DNA from: Dehalococcoidia bacterium
GTDB lineage: Bacteria; Chloroflexota; Dehalococcoidia; GIF9; AB-539-J10
DNA length: 64,000 nucleotides
Assembly (NCBI GenBank): GCA_030611085.1
Contig: JAUWQI010000003.1
Coordinates: 4,056 to 68,055 of the forward strand
Direction of reading: 5' to 3'
Shown: positions 52,269 through 61,792 of the stretch, one piece after another
Layout: each line of letters opens with the position of its first letter
How positions within the stretch are numbered: position 1 is the first letter of the stretch
Position numbers and translations under genes: made by a program
The notes under the pieces: generated by a model
What the model was told of the DNA's origin: nothing
Databases searched by the model: none
Seen by the model: only the letters and a program-made list of their open reading frames with translations

Positions 52269-53061
52269 TTTTCTTCTCCTCGGCAATCATTCTAGCTCGG
52301 GCAACCATGGCTGCTCCAAGCATTCCTGCCCCGGCAAGCAGACCAAGACCCACGCCAGTCCACTCTCCGACGTTCAACGCCGTAGCAGCGGCAGGCATCT
52401 CTGGGTTCACAGGAAGGTCATAAATCTCGGGGTGCTCATCAAGCACATACATCATATGCAAGCCTCCCAGTTCATGCTCACCGTAAAAATTAGCATCGGG
52501 GTGAGTTTTCTGTAGTTCTATAACTCTTTCCCTTCCTTCAATTACTAGTTCATCACGCTCACCAAACTTTATTGCCCCCGTAGGGCAAGCTTTGGCGCAA
52601 GCGGGTTCTAAACCATGGCTAACTCGGTCATAACAAAAATCACATTTACCTCCCATCCTCCCCGAACCGAGCAGTTTATTGGATTCCTTGTCCATGCGAG
52701 GAATAAGGAAGGGACAGAACTCAACGCAGTAACCACAGCCAGTACATCTCTGCCTATTGTAAATAATGAATCCCAAACTTGGATGACGAGTAAGCGCACC
52801 TGCAGGACAAACATTAACGCACGCCGGGTCAGTGCAATGCATGCATTGCTCCTTCCGAAAAAGCCACCGCAGTGTGCCATTTTCCCCAAACTCCTTGAAT
52901 ATAACCTTGGTCCAGGTGTCAGCGGAAAGGTCGGGAGGGTTTTCATAAGTGCCTCGGTTAGTAGTTTCCTCTGCGGGAAGCTCATGCCATTGTTTGCAAG
53001 CCACCTGGCAGGCACGACAGCCAATGCATTTATTGACATCTATGAGCATCGCTTTAGCCAT
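52255..53061 (-). CDS. fdnH: formate dehydrogenase iron-sulfur (beta) subunit with C-terminal TM anchor
   Basis: Four Cys clusters (CIGCRACQVAC, CMHCTDPACVNVCP, CTGCGYCVEFCP, CDFC...C..ACP) plus a C-terminal hydrophobic helix. Confidence 0.8.
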   Translation of the reverse strand: MAKAMLIDVNKCIGCRACQVACKQWHELPAEETTNRGTYENPPDLSADTWTKVIFKEFGENGTLRWLFRKEQCMHCTDPACVNVCPAGALTRHPSLGFIIYNRQRCTGCGYCVEFCPFLIPRMDKESNKLLGSGRMGGKCDFCYDRVSHGLEPACAKACPTGAIKFGERDELVIEGRERVIELQKTHPDANFYGEHELGGLHMMYVLDEHPEIYDLPVNPEMPAAATALNVGEWTGVGLGLLAGAGMLGAAMVARARMIAEEKKNGKE

Positions 53062-53088
53062 TATCTTCCTCCTAACCGTTTACCTTGG

Positions 53089-53211
53089 TGTCATTCTGAG
53101 GGAGCACTTCGATTTCCTGTCATTCTGAGCATAGCGAAGAATCTCATATTGCTCAGGATGGGCGCCGCAACCGAAGAATCTTGGAGACCCTTCGCTTCGC
53201 TCAGGGTGACA
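53089..53211. repeat. family A repeat cluster between fdnG and fdnH
   Basis: gtcattctgagggagcac..., gtcattctgagcatagcgaagaatctc, cttcgcttcgctcagggtgaca. Confidence 0.8.
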
Positions 53212-53239
53212 TGGGGAATGGATGAACACTTACTCTTAT

Positions 53240-56200
53240 TCATTTAGCTCTTATATCACACAGGAAAGCTTTATACTCCGGAATTGTAGTGTTGGCATCG
53301 CCTATATTAGCAGTGAGCAGATTGGCACTATCTCCTTTGGATAGTCCCATATAACCCCAGTGCCACGGCATGCCAATCTGGTGCACCTTAGTCCCGTTAA
53401 TTGAAAAGGGAGTGAACCTCTTGGTAACCACAGCCACAGCTTCTACCTTACCCCGCGCCGATTCCACAATAACTCGCCCGCCATTTTGAATGCCTTTCTC
53501 TTCTGCCAGCTCATGACTCAGCTCGACAAACATTTCAGGCATAAGCTCCACCAACCAGGGCAAATTCCTCGTCATTTGCCCTGCCTGCCAGTGCTCTGAC
53601 AAGCGATAAGTGGTGCAAACGATGGGATATTTACTCGGGTCGCCTTTGCTGTCCATGTCGGATTTCCAGATAGTAATGGCAGGGTCATTCTGAGTACCAG
53701 ATAAAAGGTTCTTCACCGGGCTCTCCCAGGGCTCGTAATGCTCCGGCATAGGTCCATCTTTAAGAGCCTCGCCGGGAGCAAAAAGATGCCCACGCCCCTC
53801 GGAGGTCATAATGAAAGGAAGCTTGGTGCCACTTTGGGACATGGGAGCCCAACCCCCATCTGGAATATCACCCTCCCATTTCTTGAGCAAGGGATGCCAG
53901 CTAACGACTGCTTTTTTGGGGTTAAAAGGATTGCCATCGAGGTCCACTGATGCTCTGTTGTACAGAATACGGCGATTTATTGGCCAGCACCATGACCAAT
54001 TGGGATAAAGCCCAATATTGGCTTGAGCCGGTGTTTGCGTTGAGTCTCGCCGCGCTGCCATATTTCCTTTCTCGGTATAGCTGGCGCAATAAAGCCAATT
54101 GCCTGAGGTGGTTGTGCCGTCATCCTTGAGATTGGTAAAACTTGGGAGAAGCTTACCAGTTTTAAGGTCATACCCATTAATCTCCTTAGCTACTTTATGC
54201 GCATCGGGTTCATCCCCATAATCCCAGGTCAAATTCAAAATGGGGTCGGGATACTTACCACCCTCCCCAGCATATAGCTCTTTCAGCTTCATGACAAGCT
54301 GAGTGACTATCCACAGGTCACTCTCTGCCATGCCCGGACCATCACAGCATTTGTACCTCCACTGCATCCATCTTCCGCTGTTGGTAAGACTGCCATCCTT
54401 CTCCATTGAAGCTTTAACAGGAAGAAGAAAAACCTCGGTCTTTATTTGGGATGGGTCTGCCCCGGGTCTTTTCCAGAAGGCAGCCGTTTCCGTTTCCCAC
54501 AGGTCTGTTACTAGCAGCCAATCAAGCTTGTCAAGACCAACCCTTTCCATATTCGAATTGGGCCCAGAAACAGCGGTATTGTGCCCCGGTGATATAAGTC
54601 CCTTTATTATGCCTTTATGTGTTGCTTCGGTAATAGCAATGTGTGAATGGTCGCCACTATACTTAGGCAGATAATCATAGGCGAAGTCGTTTGAAGCAGT
54701 AGCAGCATCGCCATACCATGCCTTGAGCAAACTAACGATATATTTTTTATAATGCTGCCACCAGTTAGCGCTTAAGGGGTCTTTGGTTGTGGGAGTGTAA
54801 TGTTTGAGATAGGTCTTAAAGTCCACATCCTCAGGCTGAGGTGTCTTGAGATAACCAGGGAGAATATGGTACAGGATACAGTGGTCTGTCGAGCCCTGAA
54901 CATTGGATTGCCCTCTAGCAGCATTGATTCCTCCACCAGCCATACCTATATTGCCGAGCAGGAATTGCAGGATGGCATAGCTCCGAATATTTTGAGTGGC
55001 GTAGGTATGCTGGGTGGTGCCCATGGCATAAATGATTGTGGCAGACTTATCGGGCCTGCCCGTGGCAGCATAAGTTTTGCACACCTCGGAATAGACATCT
55101 TTAGGTGTTCCCGTAATACTACATACGGTATCAACATCATAGCGGGAGAACTGTTTCTTGAGGAGTTGAAAAATGCAATTCGGGTCTTTGAGGGAAAGGT
55201 CTCTCTTGGGAATGCCCTTGTCATCTAGCTGGTACACCCATGTTGACCTATCATAGCTTCTCTTCTTGTCATCATATCCAGAGAAGAGACCATCCAGGTC
55301 TGCGGGACCTTTAAATTTGGGGTCTACAAGCAAAGTGGCATTGGTGTATTCCTTTATATAGGTCATATTATAATTCTCAGGATGCCTTTCAATATCCTCG
55401 ATTACATATCTAATCATGCCCCCGATGAAGGCAATATCCGTCCCCGACCTCATCTTGGCATAAATGTTCGCTTTAGAGGATGTCCTGGTGAAGCGAGGGT
55501 CAACACTGATAAGCTTGGCGCCCTGCTCCATTGCTTTAGTCACCCACTTGAAGGAAAGTGGGTGGTTCTCGGCGGCATTGCTACCGATAATCATGATGCA
55601 ATTGCTGTTCTTGATGTCAATCCAGTGATTAGTCATTGCGCCCCGTCCGAATGATGCTCCTAGGGCAGCTACAGTGGAGGAATGGCACAGCCTGGCACAA
55701 TGCTCCAGATAAGTTATTCCTAGAGTGCGAGCGAACTTTGTGAATAGATAAGCTGCCTCATTATTGACCATGGCGCTACCATCCCATGCGATAGCCTCAG
55801 TATGATTGACGATGCGACCCTTCTTATCTGTATGCTCCCAGTTTTCATCCCGTGTTTTTTTAATATTTCTGGCGATACGCTCTATAGTCCAATCCCACGA
55901 CACTTCTTCCCAGTCATAACTCCCGGGACGCCGATATAAGACCCTGTCGAGACGACGAGAATTATTAGTTACCTGGATTAGGGCAGCGCCTTTGCTACAT
56001 AATGCCCCTTGATTGATGGGGTGGTCTGGGTCGCCTTCGATATTTATGGCTTTACCATTTTCAGAAGCCACGATTGCCCCACAGCCCACGCCACAGTAAC
56101 AACAAATGGTAGTTTTCTCGCCGATTTTCTTTCTGAGCGGGATATCTATGGGAGCAGCTTCAAGGAGTGAATCCCAATTCAGTATTCCCAAAAAGGCAGC

Positions 56201-56254
56201 TCCCGCTGCCCCTGCCCCACTTAGTTTGAGGAAATCTCTCCGAGTTAAGTCCAT
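53240..56254 (-). CDS. fdnG: Tat-exported molybdopterin formate dehydrogenase catalytic subunit, Cys-type
   Basis: Twin-arginine signal TRRDFLKLSGAGAAGAA and an N-terminal CCYCGVGC cluster. The active-site stretch HCARLCHSSTVAALGASFGRGAMTNHW aligns with E. coli FdnG ARVUHGPTV, with Cys190 (55685-55687) at the Sec position. Confidence 0.85.
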   Translation of the reverse strand: MDLTRRDFLKLSGAGAAGAAFLGILNWDSLLEAAPIDIPLRKKIGEKTTICCYCGVGCGAIVASENGKAINIEGDPDHPINQGALCSKGAALIQVTNNSRRLDRVLYRRPGSYDWEEVSWDWTIERIARNIKKTRDENWEHTDKKGRIVNHTEAIAWDGSAMVNNEAAYLFTKFARTLGITYLEHCARLCHSSTVAALGASFGRGAMTNHWIDIKNSNCIMIIGSNAAENHPLSFKWVTKAMEQGAKLISVDPRFTRTSSKANIYAKMRSGTDIAFIGGMIRYVIEDIERHPENYNMTYIKEYTNATLLVDPKFKGPADLDGLFSGYDDKKRSYDRSTWVYQLDDKGIPKRDLSLKDPNCIFQLLKKQFSRYDVDTVCSITGTPKDVYSEVCKTYAATGRPDKSATIIYAMGTTQHTYATQNIRSYAILQFLLGNIGMAGGGINAARGQSNVQGSTDHCILYHILPGYLKTPQPEDVDFKTYLKHYTPTTKDPLSANWWQHYKKYIVSLLKAWYGDAATASNDFAYDYLPKYSGDHSHIAITEATHKGIIKGLISPGHNTAVSGPNSNMERVGLDKLDWLLVTDLWETETAAFWKRPGADPSQIKTEVFLLPVKASMEKDGSLTNSGRWMQWRYKCCDGPGMAESDLWIVTQLVMKLKELYAGEGGKYPDPILNLTWDYGDEPDAHKVAKEINGYDLKTGKLLPSFTNLKDDGTTTSGNWLYCASYTEKGNMAARRDSTQTPAQANIGLYPNWSWCWPINRRILYNRASVDLDGNPFNPKKAVVSWHPLLKKWEGDIPDGGWAPMSQSGTKLPFIMTSEGRGHLFAPGEALKDGPMPEHYEPWESPVKNLLSGTQNDPAITIWKSDMDSKGDPSKYPIVCTTYRLSEHWQAGQMTRNLPWLVELMPEMFVELSHELAEEKGIQNGGRVIVESARGKVEAVAVVTKRFTPFSINGTKVHQIGMPWHWGYMGLSKGDSANLLTANIGDANTTIPEYKAFLCDIRAK

Positions 56255-56341
56255 AGCTACCTCCTAATGTAAAGGCTTTATATTACCATTACTGAAGCTT
56301 GCTTGTCTATACCCCTATACGAAATTGTTTAGCAACCCATT

Positions 56342-56405
56342 TTGTCATTCTGAGCCCTACGAGCGAAGAATCTCTTTTAGACTCTTCGCTTCGCTCAGAG
56401 TGACA
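56342..56405. repeat. family A repeat, hairpin form
   Basis: Near-identical to 20847-20910. Confidence 0.8.
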
Positions 56406-56462
56406 TTTCTTAGTAGTTAATAAACGCCCTCCTATACTTTACTTTCGTTACCCGCTATATTT

Positions 56463-57848
56463 TCAAGGTTTTTGTGAGTGCTCATCAACCATGACCTTAC
56501 TGAGAGCATGGAGCAAAGCCATATCATCATTGGGTGAAATGGTGCGTGGGTCAAGCAGCACGGCATTTTTATCGATGCGTCCTAACACTGGTGGTTGCTG
56601 TGAGCGTAGACTGCGAGCTAGCTTCTCAGCCGCGCCTCCCGTCTTTCTCTTGATAGCTACAAGTTTAGTAGGCAGAGTGCTTCCGGGCAAACTTCCTCCT
56701 CCTACTGTAGATTCGCCATCAATTACCGTGGCCAGTCCATTAAGTGAGTTGGTCCATTTTTGGGACCTCTCTCCTATCGCCTCTAATGGAGTAGCAATCA
56801 TTTTCCATACTGGAATCTTGCCTGTTGCCTCGTCTTTGAGATAGTGAAGCAAGGTGGCAGCTAACCCTGCCAGTCTAATTTTGTCGATGCGCACTGCTCG
56901 TGCCAAAGGATGCCTTGCCAGTTTGTCGATAAGAGATTTCCTTCCCACGATGATTCCAGCTTGTGGCCCGCCAAGCAGTTTGTCTCCGGAGAAGAAAGCC
57001 AAATCCATACCAGCAGCGATGCTTTCCTGAACCATAGGTTCGTAAGCTAGCCCAAACTTTGTAGTGTCCAGAAGGCAGCCGCTGCCTAAGTCGTGTAACA
57101 CCAGGAGGTCATACTGATGACCGAGCTGCACTAGTTCAGTGAGCGAGACATCCTGGGTAAAGCCAAGCATCTCAAAGTTACTGGAATGGACCTTTAATAA
57201 AGCTGCTGTCCTGGTAGTGATTGCCTCTTCATAATCTGTTGAATAAGTGCGGTTGGTTGTCCCTACCTCTACTAACTTTGCTCCACTCTGCCTTATTATT
57301 TTGGGCAGACGGAATCCACCGCCAATCTCTACCTCCTCACCCCGTGAGATAATTACCTCCTTGCTTTTAGCTAAAGCAGCCAGAGCTAGGAGTACTCCTG
57401 AAGCATTGTTATTTACTGCCATAGCTGCTTCAGCCCCAGCAACTTGACATAAAAGTGATTGAATATGAATCTGGCGAGAGCCTCGCTTGCCGCTATCAAG
57501 CTCAAGCTCCAGGTTGGAGTATTCTGTAGCAGCTAAACGCATAGCCGTCATAGCTTCCTGGCTAAGTGGCGCCCTCCCTAGATTGGTGTGAAGTATAACC
57601 CCTGTGGCATTGAGCACTGGACTTGGTCCTACCTGTTGCAGAGCTTGAGCCCGAGCATAAACCGCCTCTATCATTTGGTCAAAAGAGGGGCATGGGTTGC
57701 CCGAGCTGATAAGGGGGCGAACTTCATTGAGGTATTGGCGTGCTAAGCTTGTGATTGCAGAGTGGGAGTAGGCCTCCTCAAATTTCTTGATACGAGGGTC
57801 AGATAGCAACCTGTCTATGCTGGGCAGACCACGGAGCTTACTCTCCAT
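56463..57848 (-). CDS. selA: L-seryl-tRNA(Sec) selenium transferase
   Basis: 461 aa. N-terminal LRGLPSIDRLL, then VLNATGVILHTNLGRAPL and the FSGDKLLGGPQAGIIVG PLP-Lys region. Confidence 0.85.
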   Translation of the reverse strand: MESKLRGLPSIDRLLSDPRIKKFEEAYSHSAITSLARQYLNEVRPLISSGNPCPSFDQMIEAVYARAQALQQVGPSPVLNATGVILHTNLGRAPLSQEAMTAMRLAATEYSNLELELDSGKRGSRQIHIQSLLCQVAGAEAAMAVNNNASGVLLALAALAKSKEVIISRGEEVEIGGGFRLPKIIRQSGAKLVEVGTTNRTYSTDYEEAITTRTAALLKVHSSNFEMLGFTQDVSLTELVQLGHQYDLLVLHDLGSGCLLDTTKFGLAYEPMVQESIAAGMDLAFFSGDKLLGGPQAGIIVGRKSLIDKLARHPLARAVRIDKIRLAGLAATLLHYLKDEATGKIPVWKMIATPLEAIGERSQKWTNSLNGLATVIDGESTVGGGSLPGSTLPTKLVAIKRKTGGAAEKLARSLRSQQPPVLGRIDKNAVLLDPRTISPNDDMALLHALSKVMVDEHSQKP

Positions 57849-57925
57849 TTATGCCATATTATGCCAGTTTTGTATGACTCGTTACAACTCATGTTGTTTT
57901 ATAGCATTCTGCGTTTCTTGCAAAG

Positions 57926-57972
57926 TCCCTCTCCCTTGATGGGAGAGGATTAAGATACGAGGTGAGGGTGAA
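57926..57972. repeat. family D palindromic repeat, inverted copy
   Basis: Sequence is tccctctcccttgatgggagaggattaagatacgaggtgagggtgaa. Confidence 0.75.
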
Positions 57973-58041
57973 TTATAAAATTATAAGAGGTTTTGTGGTT
58001 AACTATAATTTCCATGCTAGAATAAGTTCGAGGAGTGTTCA

Positions 58042-58956
58042 ATGGATATCAAGCGATTAAGGATTTTCTGTGCGGTGGTGGAAAAGGGTAGCTTTTCCCA
58101 AGCAGCTAAAATGCTTCACTTAGCTCAACCAACCGTAAGTTTCCAAATCGCTTCCTTAGAGAAAGAATTAGGGACAAAGTTGCTTGACCGAGATGGGCGA
58201 GAGGTAACGGTTACTAAAAGCGGAGAAGTATTGCTTCAATATGCTTCCAGGATACTTCAGCTAACTCGGGAAGCGAGGCAGGCTATTGATGAAGCCCAGG
58301 GGTTGCTCAGGGGTGAGCTTGTTATAGCCGCTAGCACTATTCCTGGGGAGTACATTCTGCCTCCTATTCTGCATAGATTTAAGGAAAAGTATAGCGGTAT
58401 CGATATCGTTTTAACTATTTCCGATACCAGAGGGGTTATCAGAAAGGTGATGGATAATGAGGTAGAGGTGGGGGCAGTGGGGGCGAGGGAGGAAGAGGAA
58501 AAGTTGGTGTTTACCAAGCTGGCTACTGATAGATTGGTGCTAATCACGCCTCCTGATAAAAGGTGGTTCAAGCGTGAGGTCATAACTTTGGATGGGTTAA
58601 AAAATGTGCCTTTTATCTTGCGAGAGAGCGGCTCTGGCACCAGAACTAGCGCAATGCAAAAACTAAAAGAGATGGGCATAGACAAGGAAGAGCTCAATAT
58701 TGTCATGGAATTGGGAAGCACTACTGCGGTGAAGAAAGCAGTTGAGTGTGGCGGCGGAATTTCTTTTGTCTCTGAGAGGGCGGTGGAGACTGAGATTAAG
58801 CTGGGTTTGCTGAAAGAAGTGTCAGTGAAAGGTTTGGAAATGAATCGAGACTTCTTCCTTGTTCATAAACGGCAAAAGACCCTTTCTCCAGCGGCATCTA
58901 CCTTCTTACAGTTTATACAGGAGCAGAGAGAAGGCGGGCTTATAAGCAAATTCTAA
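58042..58956 (+). CDS. LysR family transcriptional regulator
   Basis: N-terminal HTH: LRIFCAVVEKGSFSQAAKMLHLAQPTVSFQIASLEKELG. 304 aa. Divergent from selA. Confidence 0.85.
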   Translation: MDIKRLRIFCAVVEKGSFSQAAKMLHLAQPTVSFQIASLEKELGTKLLDRDGREVTVTKSGEVLLQYASRILQLTREARQAIDEAQGLLRGELVIAASTIPGEYILPPILHRFKEKYSGIDIVLTISDTRGVIRKVMDNEVEVGAVGAREEEEKLVFTKLATDRLVLITPPDKRWFKREVITLDGLKNVPFILRESGSGTRTSAMQKLKEMGIDKEELNIVMELGSTTAVKKAVECGGGISFVSERAVETEIKLGLLKEVSVKGLEMNRDFFLVHKRQKTLSPAASTFLQFIQEQREGGLISKF

Positions 58957-59024
58957 GGAAGAAGCACCATTCTATTGAAATTTTCTATTTGTCAAATCCA
59001 TTTCATCTATGCTAGGTTTACCGC

Positions 59025-60107
59025 TTGGTGAAACTAGCACATTTAGTTAGGCCAGAAAGATTAATTATCTTTGCCGGCCTTATTTTCGGTATTTCTGCCT
59101 CTCTGCTCACAAAGTGGGGCAACCCACCCAATATGGGCATTTGTGTTGCCTGTTTTTACCGTGATATTGCCGGCGCTTTGGGCTTACATCATGCTAGTGT
59201 GGTGCAATACCTCCGTCCTGAAATTCCCGGCTTTATGCTTGGTGCTTTCACCTCAGCCTATGCCTTCGGTGAATTTCGAGCTCGAGGTGGTTCCTCTCCT
59301 TTAGTTCGCTTCCTGCTCGGCGCCTTCTTCATGATTGGGGCACTGGTCTTCCTTGGCTGTCCTATCCGAGCTTTGATTCGTCTTGCCGGTGGCGACCTTA
59401 ATGGCATCACTGCCTTAGCGGGAGTCGTTGCCGGAGCAGCAATCGGCATCTTTTTTCTCCGGCGGGGTTTTAATCTTGGTCGCTCTGTTAAGGTACTCAC
59501 CGCTGCTGGATGGCTGATGCCACTTTGCATGTTTGGGCTGCTGCTTCTAGCTATCTTTCCCCCCAGTTTTATTTCCTTCAGCGAAGAAGGACCTGGCTCA
59601 ATGCATGCTGCCTTGTGGATATCAGTTCTGGTTGGTCTCCTGGTTGGCTTCCTCGCACAGAGGACACGGATGTGCTTTGTCGGCGGCTGGAGAGACTTGA
59701 TTCTTGTCAAAGACGCCTATCTTTTTACTGGCATTGCTGCCTTCTTCATTGGAGCTTTGGTGACAAATTTTGCTCTGGGCAATTTTGCCGCTGGCGGTCT
59801 GTACCACTGGGGCTTTGTGGGGCAGCCAGTAGCCCAGGACAATCATTTATGGAATTTCCTTGGCATGGTTCTGGCAGGACTGGCAGCTACCCTGTTGGGT
59901 GGTTGTCCTCTACGGCAGACTATTCTTGCTGGTGAGGGCGATACCGATGCCGCCGTAACTATTCTTGGGCTTACTGTGGGGGCTGGCTTTGCCCATAATT
60001 TCCTGCTGGCTTCAAGTCCTAAAGGTGTTGGAGAGTTCGGACCTGCAGCAGTGCTTATAGGATTGGCTTTTTGTCTTGCTACCGGCTTCCTAATGCGGGA
60101 GAAATAA
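59025..60107 (+). CDS. yedE: YedE/YeeE family putative selenium/sulfur transporter
   Basis: 360 aa, polytopic. GNPPNMGICVACFYRDIAGALG and a second RMCFVGGWRD half. Confidence 0.75.
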   Translation: MVKLAHLVRPERLIIFAGLIFGISASLLTKWGNPPNMGICVACFYRDIAGALGLHHASVVQYLRPEIPGFMLGAFTSAYAFGEFRARGGSSPLVRFLLGAFFMIGALVFLGCPIRALIRLAGGDLNGITALAGVVAGAAIGIFFLRRGFNLGRSVKVLTAAGWLMPLCMFGLLLLAIFPPSFISFSEEGPGSMHAALWISVLVGLLVGFLAQRTRMCFVGGWRDLILVKDAYLFTGIAAFFIGALVTNFALGNFAAGGLYHWGFVGQPVAQDNHLWNFLGMVLAGLAATLLGGCPLRQTILAGEGDTDAAVTILGLTVGAGFAHNFLLASSPKGVGEFGPAAVLIGLAFCLATGFLMREK

Positions 60108-60109
60108 AA

Positions 60110-60649
60110 GTGACATTTCTGAGACGAAAGGAGAAGCCTTCCTTCGAAGGTGGAGGATTAATACTCTTTGCCGATGTGCCCGGTGCTATGGGGGCGGAAA
60201 AGATTCTCAAGGGTGTTGGCTATGGCATAAAGCTGGTAGCTCCACCCCCGGCTTTGCGAAAAGGTTGTGATTTAGCTCTGGGAATAAACCTGGCAGAACA
60301 GCCGGGCATTGAGCGGGCGCTTAGGCAGAAAAATGCTGAGTATCTCGGTATCACCCCACTTGGAGGAGAAGCCCAGGAGCTTCTGGAAATCGTTAAGGTA
60401 GTTGATTTTGGCGACTGGGTGATGGTTAGAGCGGGGAATATGAAACTTGCCTTCGATAAAAGGAGTGGTATTATTGCTAACACCTCCGGTGGTGGTTGTC
60501 CCGATATCCCTTATCTTCACGCTGAGTTAGTGGGTAAGAAGCTCAGCGAGGCACCACGACCAAAGGATATTGGCTTTACCCTCTGCGCCTTAATGTTAGA
60601 GCGTGCTCTTGAAGAGTGTCTTACTATCTGGCAGGGAGGCGAAACATGA
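60110..60649 (+). CDS. DUF3343-like domain protein with extra C-terminal Cys-containing domain
   Basis: GTG start 2 nt after the yedE stop. LILFADVPGAMGAEKILKGVGYGIKLVAPPPALRKGCDLALGI resembles DUF3343. C-terminal SGGGCPDIPY. Confidence 0.5.
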   Translation: MTFLRRKEKPSFEGGGLILFADVPGAMGAEKILKGVGYGIKLVAPPPALRKGCDLALGINLAEQPGIERALRQKNAEYLGITPLGGEAQELLEIVKVVDFGDWVMVRAGNMKLAFDKRSGIIANTSGGGCPDIPYLHAELVGKKLSEAPRPKDIGFTLCALMLERALEECLTIWQGGET

Positions 60650-61545
60650 TGCTCATTGCGGGAACAGTTCCGCAGGATTTACCTCTCACTACGGGAGAGG
60701 TCAAAGCTAGTGGAAATGCTATGCTCGTCAACGGAAGCCAAATTCCCTGTGCCCAGGGAACTGGAGCCCTGGTCAAAGCTGCGCTAGCTGTCACCGATTA
60801 TCTCAAGCTCGAGCCTCCAAAGGTTATATTGGCTGGGGATACCGGTCGGGGCGAGGGAAGCAGAGCAATCTACGAATATCTTATTCAGAATATCTCACAT
60901 CTAGCACCAAATGTGCTGGTGCTCCATTATTGCCTTCCTGATATGGCTTTGATGAGAAAGCTATGTCAAGCGGTGGAGGATTGTGGCAAAAAGCCGATTA
61001 TGGTTGCTGACGCTGCCTCTATGTATGTGGCTAAGGCGGCAGGGCTAGCTTCGAGATTTGATATCTTTACCCCCGATGCTACTGAAATGGCTTTCCTCGC
61101 TGACCCCGATGCTATCCATCCTGCCTATATCAACAAGCATCTTTTCGACACTGACATTAGCCAGACTCCAGAGTTGGTTTCTGCTGCTTACCAGCATAAG
61201 AGTGCTGCTAAGATACTTCTGGTCAAGGGAGCGATTGACTATGTAGTCAAGGAAGGGAAAATCGTAGCCACTATCAGTGAGCCCGATGTGCCCGAACTGG
61301 AGGCGATTGGAGGCACGGGTGATACCGTTGCCGGTTTGGTTTCTGCCTTTGCCTATGCCGGATTGGAGTTACATGAGGCAGCTATAATAGCAGCTAAATC
61401 GAATCGCATGGCAGGGAAGTTTGCCCAGGTTACCCCAGCTACTAAGATAGGGCAAGTTATTGAGCAATTCTCGCTCGTATTCAAGAAATATTTGTGTAGC
61501 TGGAGCGGAGTCTGCTATATGGGAGAAGGAGAAAATGATGATTGA
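60646..61545 (+). CDS. YjeF_C/ribokinase-like-fold protein of unknown specificity
   Basis: ATGA overlap with the upstream gene. GGTGDTVAGLVSAF is the anion-hole motif of YjeF C-terminal/hydroxyethylthiazole-kinase-like folds. Confidence 0.45.
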   Translation: MMLIAGTVPQDLPLTTGEVKASGNAMLVNGSQIPCAQGTGALVKAALAVTDYLKLEPPKVILAGDTGRGEGSRAIYEYLIQNISHLAPNVLVLHYCLPDMALMRKLCQAVEDCGKKPIMVADAASMYVAKAAGLASRFDIFTPDATEMAFLADPDAIHPAYINKHLFDTDISQTPELVSAAYQHKSAAKILLVKGAIDYVVKEGKIVATISEPDVPELEAIGGTGDTVAGLVSAFAYAGLELHEAAIIAAKSNRMAGKFAQVTPATKIGQVIEQFSLVFKKYLCSWSGVCYMGEGENDD

Positions 61546-61759
61546 GGTTGATGTGCGTGGCTTTTCCTGTCCCATTCCGGTGGTCAGGACAAAGAAAGCT
61601 CTCGACGAAAATCCCGGCGAACCTGTAACTGTGCTGGTGGAGAGCGAAGTCTCAAAGGAAAATGTGTCACGATTGGCGGGAAGTCGAGGCTGTTCTGTGG
61701 AAGTGAAAGAAGCGCCTGACGGTTTTCATCTCTTGCTCAGCCCACAAAAGAAAAGTTAG
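61535..61759 (+). CDS. TusA/SirA/YedF-like sulfur(selenium)-carrier protein
   Basis: Start at MMIEVDVRGFSCPIPVVRTKKAL, which carries the CPxP motif. 74 aa. Confidence 0.75.
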   Translation: MMIEVDVRGFSCPIPVVRTKKALDENPGEPVTVLVESEVSKENVSRLAGSRGCSVEVKEAPDGFHLLLSPQKKS

Positions 61760-61792
61760 CCAAAATTCCTTTCTTAAGCTAGAATAGCTGCG

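Noticed and set aside
53240-56254. Expected an in-frame TGA (Sec) in the formate dehydrogenase catalytic subunit.
   Set aside because: The ORF is continuous over 1004 codons and the aligned active-site codon is TGC (Cys).
57849-58041. Looked for tRNA-Sec (selC) and other tRNAs in the spacers around selA, selD and selB (57849-58041, 61760-62083, 63131-63214).
   Set aside because: These spacers consist of family A, C and D repeats. No cloverleaf or T-loop (GTTCRANYC-like) sequence was seen by eye. A tRNAscan/ARAGORN run is needed for certainty.
58970-58989. Direct heptamer repeat TTCTATT-N6-TTCTATT between the LysR gene and yedE, as a LysR box.
   Set aside because: It does not fit the usual T-N11-A dyad. 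It is too short to separate from chance in AT-rich spacer without comparative data.
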